A DNA stretch of 47,536 nt from an uncultured Prevotellaceae bacterium (lineage in GTDB: Bacteria; Bacteroidota; Bacteroidia; Bacteroidales; Bacteroidaceae), in the NCBI GenBank assembly GCA_946413885.1, contig CAMKMK010000001.1:1-47536 (forward strand), read 5' to 3'. Both the position numbers and the translations under genes were made by a program. Under the pieces are notes generated by a model that did not search any database, was not told where the DNA came from, and worked only from the letters and a program-made list of their open reading frames with translations. Shown piece by piece: positions 1 to 7,171 of this stretch (the stretch's first letter is position 1; every line of letters begins with the position of its first letter).

Positions 1-20
1 ATCCCCACTTCCTAAGGAGC

Positions 21-79
21 CACTCAGAGTTTTCCGATGACTCAGAGTACTCGGAGTACTCAGATTACTCAGATTACTA
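21..79. repeat. 9-bp tandem repeat array: GACTCAGAG, TACTCGGAG, TACTCAGAT, TACTCAGAT, TACTAGGA (39-79). An isolated CACTCAGAG lies at 21-29 and one opposite-type unit TTTTCCGAT at 30-38.
   Basis: Read directly. There are 4.5 consecutive units with exact 9-nt period. The reverse-complement unit type (TCCGAGTTT) forms a second array at 27092-27127. Confidence 0.85.
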
Positions 80-172
80 GGAAGAACACGTTGACTTCGA
101 GGTTTCAACGTGTTGACTTTGCTGGAAGAACGTGTTGTCTTTCCTCTTTCAACACGTTGAAAAGTCGCGAAG
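80..172. repeat. 22-bp phased repeat array, 4 units, core AAC(GT/AC)GTT, mixed orientation
   Basis: Cores start at 85 (AACACGTT), 107 (AACGTGTT), 129 (AACGTGTT) and 151 (AACACGTT), with exact 22-nt spacing. Opposite-oriented neighbours form two 9-10 bp stems: 85-94 with 105-114, and 129-137 with 150-158. Confidence 0.9.
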
Positions 173-633
173 AAGTGGTTGATGGTTGGTGTTGGCGATG
201 ATTATTGTAAATATTTTTTTGTATACTATTCAATAAAGAATTGTATTTTTTCAACATTTTTCAGGACAAAGAAACGGAAAGCCAACGGACGCAAATTTGC
301 ATTGGCTATTTCCCTCCAATCTGATGTCGCGGGAGTGAAGCGGAGGAGGATTTTCTGCATAAGGGCATTTACGGCCTCGCTGGCGCGTCTTCTCCCCCGC
401 AGACGACCAACAGACCGTCAAGCGGATTATCGGCGCTCAGAGCGGCCCAAGAAGCGATTATTCGAAAATGTTTTATATCAAAAATATAATTTCACAAAAG
501 AGCATGGGAGAATGGGGAGAGATTTCAGGTGGTTAATCAAGCAAGGAAGGACAACTGAAGAGACCCTTGCCAGCCTGAGCAGTCAATGTACCTGTGGGCA
601 GTTTGGGAATGGTGAAGGAGGAACTGTACAACA

Positions 634-809
634 CGAGTGCCATGAGTGCCACGAGTGCCATAACGATTTTGAATGTGTGCCACAACATAGTGACTCAAAT
701 TCTATATTATCTATTATAATAATAAAATTATTATAATAGATAATATAAAGGTAAATATCCCTCTTCCTTGGCACTTTTCATTTTAGCAATGGCACTCGTG
801 GCACTCAGC
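634..809. repeat. Long palindromic element. Arms of tandem 9-mers (GAGTGCCAY) contain a perfect 19-bp inverted repeat and flank a perfect 21-bp-stem AT-only hairpin.
   Basis: TGAGTGCCACGAGTGCCAT at 643-661 is the exact reverse complement of 789-807. TATATTATCTATTATAATAAT at 703-723 is the exact reverse complement of 727-747, with loop AAA. Both symmetry centres fall at position 725. Confidence 0.9.
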
Positions 810-837
810 ATAAAATGTCTTCTCTGCTAAAGTAGCT

Positions 838-916
838 GGGGTTAATGGGTCGAATGGGGTCAATGAGGAAGGATCCAACAAACCCACACAACCCACTCTA
901 CCTACTTGACCCATAA
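838..916. repeat. Loosely palindromic block: tandem ATGGGTCRA-type units (838-867) facing ACCCA-type units (880-916)
   Basis: TTAATGGGTCGAATGGGGTCAATG faces AACCCACACAACCCAC...CTTGACCCATAA. The outer roughly 10 nt are complementary and the inner part is imperfect. The start TTAATGGG matches the arm at 27015-27022. Confidence 0.55.
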
Positions 917-1000
917 TATGAAAAGTAAAGTTTTTTCGGTATCATCAGGTATCTTGTTTATGGTCGGGCCTGCTCACGTTGACTTTGTGCTTGAGATAGA

Positions 1001-1039
1001 CTAATAAAAGAGACTCACTCCCAAAAGGAATGAGTCTCT
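1001..1039 (-). terminator. Putative intrinsic terminator of the nqr operon
   Basis: A 9-bp stem pairs AGAGACTCA (1009-1017) with TGAGTCTCT (1031-1039), with a 13-nt loop. On the minus strand it is followed by UUUAUU. It lies 48 nt downstream of the nqrF stop. Confidence 0.6.
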
Positions 1040-1086
1040 CATTGCAAGACGCGATTAAAGGATTATTAAATCAACGACGGGAATGG

Positions 1087-2361
1087 TTATCCGCCGAAGT
1101 TATCGAAGCGAATCATGTCATCCTCTACGCCCAGACTGTACAACAGGTCGAGAACGGTCTTAGCCATCATGGGAGGACCGCAGAGGTAGTACTCCACGTC
1201 TTCTGGTGCCTCGTGCTGCTTCAGATAGGTGTCGCCCATCACAGGAGCGATGAAACCTGGCGTGTACTTGACACCAAGGCTGTCGGCCTTTGGATCTGGA
1301 CGGTCGAGAGCCAGATGGAAGTGGAAGTTGGGGAACTCCTTCTCGAGAGCGAGGAAGTCTTCCATGAAGAACACCTCATCGATTCCACGGGCTCCATAGA
1401 AGTAATGCATCTCGCGATCGCGGCACTGGCGGGTCTTGAGCATGTGCATGATCTGAGCACGCAAGGGAGCCATACCTGCACCACCACCTACCCAAATCAT
1501 CTCGCGCTTGGAGTCGTAAACGGGATGGAACTCTCCGTAAGGACCACTCATGATGCACTTGTCACCAGGCTTGAGAGAGAAGATATAGGTAGAGGCAATA
1601 CCGCAGGGAACGTCCATGAAGCCAGGACCCTGATCCTTTGGCTTGAAAGGAGGTGTGGCAATACGAACGGTGAGGGTGATGATGTCGCCCTCGTCTGGGT
1701 AATTGGCCATAGAGTAGGCACGGATGGTAGGCTCTGTGTTCTTCTGCTTGAGGCCGAAGATGCCGAACTTTTCCCATGTGGGGACATAGAGCTCACCAAT
1801 GTCTTCCTTAGCGAAGTCACGGTCATAGTCGATGTCGTAAGTAGGAATCTTGATCTGTGCGTATGAGCCAGGTTCGAAGTCCATGTGCTCGCCTGGAGGC
1901 AGAGCCACCTTGAACTCCTTGATGAAGCTGGCCACATTCTTGTTGCTGATGACGGTACACTCCCACTCCTTGACGCCCATAACGGAGTCGGGCACCTTGA
2001 TCTGAAGATCACCCTTCACCTTGCACTGACATCCCAGACGCCAGTGATCCTTCACCTGCTTGCGGGTGAACTGGCCTTTCTCTGAGTCGAGGATATCACC
2101 ACCTCCCTCAGGTACCTGAACCTTGCACTGGCCGCAAGAGCCCTTACCGCCACAAGCACTGGGCAGGAAAATTCCCTCCTGGGACAGGGTGCTCAACAGA
2201 GAGGCTCCCTGGGGGACGGAGAGTGTGTCCTTGCCATTAATCGTGATATTTACATTGCCACTGGGTGACAAATAAGCCTTAGCTACGAGCAGGATGGCAA
2301 CCAGCACAATGATGATCACCAGGAATACGCCAATGCTCGTTAAAATCAAATTCATATCCAT
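1087..2361 (-). CDS. nqrF: Na+-translocating NADH:quinone oxidoreductase subunit F
   Basis: 424 aa. It has an N-terminal TM helix, a 2Fe-2S ferredoxin motif (CGGKGSCGQCKV) and an FAD/NAD-binding domain (RAYSMANYP, GGGAGMAP). It is the last gene of the nqrA-F order. Confidence 0.95.
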   Translation of the reverse strand: MDMNLILTSIGVFLVIIIVLVAILLVAKAYLSPSGNVNITINGKDTLSVPQGASLLSTLSQEGIFLPSACGGKGSCGQCKVQVPEGGGDILDSEKGQFTRKQVKDHWRLGCQCKVKGDLQIKVPDSVMGVKEWECTVISNKNVASFIKEFKVALPPGEHMDFEPGSYAQIKIPTYDIDYDRDFAKEDIGELYVPTWEKFGIFGLKQKNTEPTIRAYSMANYPDEGDIITLTVRIATPPFKPKDQGPGFMDVPCGIASTYIFSLKPGDKCIMSGPYGEFHPVYDSKREMIWVGGGAGMAPLRAQIMHMLKTRQCRDREMHYFYGARGIDEVFFMEDFLALEKEFPNFHFHLALDRPDPKADSLGVKYTPGFIAPVMGDTYLKQHEAPEDVEYYLCGPPMMAKTVLDLLYSLGVEDDMIRFDNFGG

Positions 2362-2380
2362 TGTATATTCCTCCTATTCG

Positions 2381-3007
2381 TTAGATGTTAAGTCCGCTGA
2401 AGCACATGAAGGCAAGTGCCATCAGACCAACTGTGATGAACGTGATGCCAAGTCCCTGCAAAGGCTTGGGTACATCGGTATAAGCCATCTTCTCGCGAAT
2501 AGCTGCCAAACCCACAATGGCAAGCAACCATCCTATACCACTACCCAACGCATAAGCAATGGCGTCGCCAAAGCCACCAATGAACTGTGCGTTGGTAGGC
2601 TCCATAGTGACACGCTGCTGCATGAACAAGGAAGCACCCATGATGGCACAGTTTACTGCAATCAAGGGCAAGAAGATACCCAGTGATGCGTAAAGTGAGG
2701 GGCTGAAACGCTCGACTATCATCTCGACCAGCTGCACAATGCCTGCGATGACCGCAATGAAAAGAATGAAGGCCAAGAAGGTAAGGTCAACACCCTCGAC
2801 CAACGCATTGGGACCCAGCACGTAGGTCTGCAACGCGTAGTCAACGGGAACGGTAACCAACAGCACGAAGGTTACTGCGATACCCAAACCAAACGCAGTC
2901 TTAACAGTCTTGGATACAGCCAGATAAGAACACATACCCAAGAAGAAGGCGAATATCATATTGTCCACAAAAATGGAGCGGACAAACAAACTAATCATGT
3001 GATCCAT
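2381..3007 (-). CDS. nqrE: Na+-translocating NADH:quinone oxidoreductase subunit E
   Basis: Polytopic membrane protein. I place the start at [11 protein letters not shown] (ATG 3005-3007) rather than the track start at 3034, because that start sits 1 nt past the nqrD stop (3009-3011) and matches the usual NqrE N-terminus. Confidence 0.9.
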   Translation of the reverse strand: MDHMISLFVRSIFVDNMIFAFFLGMCSYLAVSKTVKTAFGLGIAVTFVLLVTVPVDYALQTYVLGPNALVEGVDLTFLAFILFIAVIAGIVQLVEMIVERFSPSLYASLGIFLPLIAVNCAIMGASLFMQQRVTMEPTNAQFIGGFGDAIAYALGSGIGWLLAIVGLAAIREKMAYTDVPKPLQGLGITFITVGLMALAFMCFSGLNI

Positions 3008-3008
3008 A

Positions 3009-3635
3009 TTACTTCTCCTCCTTATTATAAGCACGATGTGCCCAGATTACACAACCTACGATAATCAAACTCATGGCAGGCATTACCATCATACCATTGT
3101 TCGTGTACCCGCAATCGAAGAGGAACTTGGGAATGACATTGTAGCCAAACAAAGTGCCAAATCCAAACAGCTCACGAACGAAACCCACGACTACCAGAAC
3201 CCAAGCGTAACCCAGACCGTTTCCGATACCGTCGAGCAATGAGGGCCAAGGCTTGTTCTGCATCGCAAAGGCCTCGAGACGACCCATCAGGATACAGTTG
3301 GTAATGATCAAACCTACGTAAACGCTCAACTGTACGCTCACGTCATAAACATAAGCCTTCAGCAACTGGCTCACAATGGTTACCAGCGTGGCAACCACCA
3401 CCAGCTGAACGATGATACGGATACGGTTAGGTATGCTCTTGCGAATCAATGAAATAATGACATTTGAGAATGCCGTGATGACAGTCACACTCAAACCCAT
3501 CACGATGGCAGGCTTCAGCTGACTGGTAACAGCCAATGCTGAACAGATACCCAGTACCTGAACTGCAATGGGATTGTTCAGATTAAGCGGATTAGAGAAT
3601 GCTGCTTTATTCTCCTCAGAAAACAATTTACTCAT
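3009..3635 (-). CDS. nqrD: Na+-translocating NADH:quinone oxidoreductase subunit D
   Basis: 208-aa polytopic membrane protein. It carries the NqrD/RnfE-like motif [17 protein letters not shown] and its operon position fits. Confidence 0.92.
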   Translation of the reverse strand: MSKLFSEENKAAFSNPLNLNNPIAVQVLGICSALAVTSQLKPAIVMGLSVTVITAFSNVIISLIRKSIPNRIRIIVQLVVVATLVTIVSQLLKAYVYDVSVQLSVYVGLIITNCILMGRLEAFAMQNKPWPSLLDGIGNGLGYAWVLVVVGFVRELFGFGTLFGYNVIPKFLFDCGYTNNGMMVMPAMSLIIVGCVIWAHRAYNKEEK

Positions 3636-3652
3636 ATTCTTTCCTCCTCTTA

Positions 3653-4429
3653 TTATTGTTCAACATTAGTGCGTTCAGGACAGTCAGCATTCTCGCATTC
3701 TGTCTTCTCAGCACAGCAATCACTCTTTTCGCCACAACATGCGCCCTGAGCAGGAGCACCAATGAAGTCGGCATACTTGCTGAGACCATCTGATACCATA
3801 GCAGCCACACCATTGCTGGTGAGGGTTGCACCCGTGATACCGTCAACCTGATGAGCCTCATCCTTGACAGAACCTGCTTTAACAACAGTCAAAGCAATGT
3901 CGTCATTCTCGCCGAAGACCTGCTTGTCCTGGAAGCGATTCTGGAACTCAGACTCACCAATGCGAGCACCCAGACCAGCTGTCTCGCTCTCGTGGTAGAA
4001 GTAAGAACCGTAAACGGTCTGCTTGTCCTCGTTCAGCGCGATATAGCCCCAAAGACCTCCCCACAGGCCACGGCCTGTAACGGGAATCACATACTTGACG
4101 CCATCGTCGGTAGTTGCCTCGAAAACGTGCAACTCGCCATCCTTGATTGCCTGACCATAAGAGGTAAGGAAGTTGCCCTCGTAGGGAACGAGCTCCCCAT
4201 CCTTGAACAGCTTATCCTGAACCTTCTCAGCAAAGGTGGCCTGCACGTCAACAGCCTTCTTGTCAAATCTCAGGGCAGAGAGAATCTGACCCTTGGTGTC
4301 GTTGGCAACATTTGCCTCCTGAGTATTCTTCAAAGCAGATGATACAAAGGCAAGCAAGAAGGCAACGATGATTACCATAACTATAGCATACACAAAGGTG
4401 TACACATTGCTATTTGTATTCCATTTCAT
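3653..4429 (-). CDS. nqrC: Na+-translocating NADH:quinone oxidoreductase subunit C (FMN-binding), with a Cys-rich C-terminal tail
   Basis: 258 aa. It has a single N-terminal TM and an FMN attachment-type motif (DGITGATLTS), and its operon position fits. The tail is GACCGEKSDCCAEKTECENADC. Confidence 0.9.
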   Translation of the reverse strand: MKWNTNSNVYTFVYAIVMVIIVAFLLAFVSSALKNTQEANVANDTKGQILSALRFDKKAVDVQATFAEKVQDKLFKDGELVPYEGNFLTSYGQAIKDGELHVFEATTDDGVKYVIPVTGRGLWGGLWGYIALNEDKQTVYGSYFYHESETAGLGARIGESEFQNRFQDKQVFGENDDIALTVVKAGSVKDEAHQVDGITGATLTSNGVAAMVSDGLSKYADFIGAPAQGACCGEKSDCCAEKTECENADCPERTNVEQ

Positions 4430-4444
4430 ATCGTCTTCCTCCTT

Positions 4445-5623
4445 TTATTTAGTTGCACGTTTTGCACGCATGCTGATGTTGCGCTGCACGAAGCAGTAGT
4501 CAATCAGACTTGCAAACAAGTTCATCAACAGAATAGCCAGCATCATGCCCTCTGGATAGCCTGGGTTCAACACGCGAACCAAAACAGCCACGAAACCGAT
4601 GAGCAGACCATACACATACTTACCACACTCTGTACGACAGCTGGTAACAGGGTCGGTAGCCATGAAGACAGCACCAAATGCGAAGCCTCCCAATACGAGG
4701 TGCTCGTACCACTGAATCTCTGTGAGTCCAAGAGCCTGAAGCAGATAACCAGTTGCAGCACCGCCTACAAACACGCTCAGCATGGTTTTCCAAGAAGCGA
4801 TTCCTGTCCACAGCAGGATAACAGCACCAATGGCGATAGCTATGACGCTGGTCTCACCAATAGAACCAGGAATCAGACCTACGATCGCATCGTGGATGGT
4901 GTTGCAGTCAAAGCCTGCGAAACTATCTTGAGCAGCCATACCCAAAGGAGTAGCGCCAGAGAGCGCGTCAGGAGAAACGACATCATAACCTGCACCCAAT
5001 ATCTTACTCTGACTAACCCATACAGAGTTGTCGCCAGTCATTGCGGCTGGATAAGAGAAGAAGAGGAACGCACGCGTGATAAGTGCAGGATTGAAAATGT
5101 TCATTCCAGTACCTCCAAAAATCTCCTTAGCAAAGATGACGCTGAAGGCAACAGCCAAAGCCAACATCCAGAGAGGAAGGGTCACAGGAACAATCATGGG
5201 GATAATGATACCTGATACCAGATATCCCTCCTGAATCTCCTCGTTCTTCCATTGGGCAACTACAAACTCAATTCCCAAACCAACAATGTAGCTGACAAGA
5301 ATCTTAGGAAGAACAGCAAGGAAACCATACCAGAACATAGCCCAGCATGAGGTACTCTCGAGAGCACCAGCAGCCAGAGCGTTCTGATAACCCACATTGT
5401 ACATACCGAAAAGCAGAGCAGGAATCAGAGCTATCACTACAAAGCTCATGATACGCTTGCTGTCGATAGCATCGTGGATATTCACGCTACCTACGCGGGA
5501 GGTTTGATTGGGAACGAAGGCAAACGTCTCGAAACCATCAACCAGACTGCGGAAAGCATGGAACTTGCCACCTTCTTCCACGTAGGGCTTAATGTTATCG
5601 AATATTTTTCTTAATGCTTTCAT
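4445..5623 (-). CDS. nqrB: Na+-translocating NADH:quinone oxidoreductase subunit B
   Basis: 392-aa polytopic protein with NqrB/RnfD-like sequence (SGATPL, ATDPVT) and the expected operon position. Confidence 0.93.
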   Translation of the reverse strand: MKALRKIFDNIKPYVEEGGKFHAFRSLVDGFETFAFVPNQTSRVGSVNIHDAIDSKRIMSFVVIALIPALLFGMYNVGYQNALAAGALESTSCWAMFWYGFLAVLPKILVSYIVGLGIEFVVAQWKNEEIQEGYLVSGIIIPMIVPVTLPLWMLALAVAFSVIFAKEIFGGTGMNIFNPALITRAFLFFSYPAAMTGDNSVWVSQSKILGAGYDVVSPDALSGATPLGMAAQDSFAGFDCNTIHDAIVGLIPGSIGETSVIAIAIGAVILLWTGIASWKTMLSVFVGGAATGYLLQALGLTEIQWYEHLVLGGFAFGAVFMATDPVTSCRTECGKYVYGLLIGFVAVLVRVLNPGYPEGMMLAILLMNLFASLIDYCFVQRNISMRAKRATK

Positions 5624-5640
5624 ATTATTATAATAATGTA

Positions 5641-6969
5641 TTATGCATTTTCCTTTCTGAGGATATCAAGTCCCTCACGAACGATGCGCTGCAATTCCAA
5701 TTTAGAACTGTCCACAAACTCTGCAAGAGCGAAATCCTCTGGTGCTACCTCGTAAATGCCCAAAGCCTCCTGACGATCTATATCCCCTGTTATGATAGCC
5801 TTGACAAGGTAACCAGCATAGATGTCCATGGGGAATACACGGTCATATTCGCCACTCATGATCATGTGACGCTCGCCACCCTTTATACGGGCATCGATGG
5901 TGTACTCCTTCTTTTTCCCCAATAGCCAGCTGAAGTAACTGCGACTGGTACTAAAGCTGTTGAAACGAGGCATGATCCAACCCATGAACTCATCGGCATG
6001 GTTGCCCTCAGGAATCACATTCACCTCAGTTGCATGAGCTGCCAAGAAACCATCTGGAGTGGTTTTCACACCTGTCATCACGTTACCATTAATCACGCGG
6101 CTGTCTTCCAGATTCACATTGTTCTCCAAGAGCGTAGTCAACTTCTGGCCCACCAGCATCTTGTAATACTTAGGAGCCTTTACCTCACTACCTGCCAAAG
6201 CAATGGTACGGGTCAAATCCACCTTGCCAGTAGTCATCAAACGACCAATGAAGATTACCTCCTCAGCACCCAATGTCCAGACAATCTCACCTTTGTTGAT
6301 TGGGTCAACATGATTAATCTGAACACCTACATTACCAGCAGGAGCAGGACCTTCAAAGACTGTCACCTCACAATCCTTTGCACCTGTCAGGGCAGAATTG
6401 GTTTGCTTGGCACTGATACCCAAATGAACTTTGGCAATCTTGCTCAAAGCACTGATACCTGCCTGGAACTCCTTCTCTTGTCCTTTTAGGACATACTCGA
6501 AGTTCTGGCTCAAAGGCATGCTATTGAAAGCGCTGATGAAAATTGCCTTTGGGGTGTCCTCAGGATTAGCTACCACATCATAAGGACGCTGACGGATGAA
6601 GGCAAACAGACCACTCTCTGCCAGCAATACCTTAATGTCGCCCTTTACATCAATCTCTTTGGCATCCTGCTTCCCATCAGGTTTCACACGTATGCTCAGC
6701 AGTTTACGCCGATCACCACGCTCCACCTGAGAAACAGTACCACTGACAGGGCTAACAAACTTAACTTCGGGATGGAGTTTGTCTACAAACAAAGCATCCC
6801 CGACCTTAACCGCATCACCCTCTTTGACAACCACCTTGGGTTTCATTCCAGTGAAATCGTCCGGTACAAGTGCATACTCACCGGGGCAACTCACACTGGC
6901 AGTTTCCTCAACAGCTTTGCCTTTAAGGTTAATGTCCAGGCCTTTACGTAATTTGATTACTTTTGCCAT
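5641..6969 (-). CDS. nqrA: Na+-translocating NADH:quinone oxidoreductase subunit A
   Basis: 442-aa soluble protein with the typical NqrA N-terminus MAKVIKLRKGLDINLKG. It is the first gene of the operon. Confidence 0.93.
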   Translation of the reverse strand: MAKVIKLRKGLDINLKGKAVEETASVSCPGEYALVPDDFTGMKPKVVVKEGDAVKVGDALFVDKLHPEVKFVSPVSGTVSQVERGDRRKLLSIRVKPDGKQDAKEIDVKGDIKVLLAESGLFAFIRQRPYDVVANPEDTPKAIFISAFNSMPLSQNFEYVLKGQEKEFQAGISALSKIAKVHLGISAKQTNSALTGAKDCEVTVFEGPAPAGNVGVQINHVDPINKGEIVWTLGAEEVIFIGRLMTTGKVDLTRTIALAGSEVKAPKYYKMLVGQKLTTLLENNVNLEDSRVINGNVMTGVKTTPDGFLAAHATEVNVIPEGNHADEFMGWIMPRFNSFSTSRSYFSWLLGKKKEYTIDARIKGGERHMIMSGEYDRVFPMDIYAGYLVKAIITGDIDRQEALGIYEVAPEDFALAEFVDSSKLELQRIVREGLDILRKENA

Positions 6970-7171
6970 ATACTGTAATAAAAAGAATAGTTACATTTTA
7001 GCGCTGCAAAATTACATAAAAATTTGCTAAAAGGTATCAGTTTTCAAAAATAAAATTGTACTTTTGACATCGAAATGAGAAGACGTTGAATTTTAAATTA
7101 TCAAATAGAGCGAAATTAAAGCGCTGAAATATATACTCCGAACCATAGCAATAGTCCTTGCAGGACTGTAT

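Noticed and set aside
179-736. 185-aa plus-strand ORF on the track
   Set aside because: The translation is low-complexity and Arg/Lys-rich, and it reads straight through the tandem 9-mers (HECHECHECH) and the AT hairpin (SIIIIKLL). It has no recognisable domain. I treat the region as non-coding repeat sequence.
643-807. Simple invertible promoter (inverton) bounded by the perfect 19-bp inverted repeat
   Set aside because: This is not fully excluded. However, the interior is itself largely palindromic about the same centre, so inversion would change little. I find no TTTG/TAnnTTTG promoter inside it, and no site-specific recombinase gene is in the window.
768-807. Sigma-54 promoter resemblance of the TGGCAC motifs
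   Set aside because: The required GG-N10-GC spacing to a TTGC element is not met at any of the TGGCAC copies.
1030-1866. 278-aa plus-strand ORF antisense to nqrF
   Set aside because: This is a shadow ORF opposite a confidently identified, motif-rich gene, and its sequence is not protein-like. The same reasoning applies to the other nested ORFs in 1239-2085.
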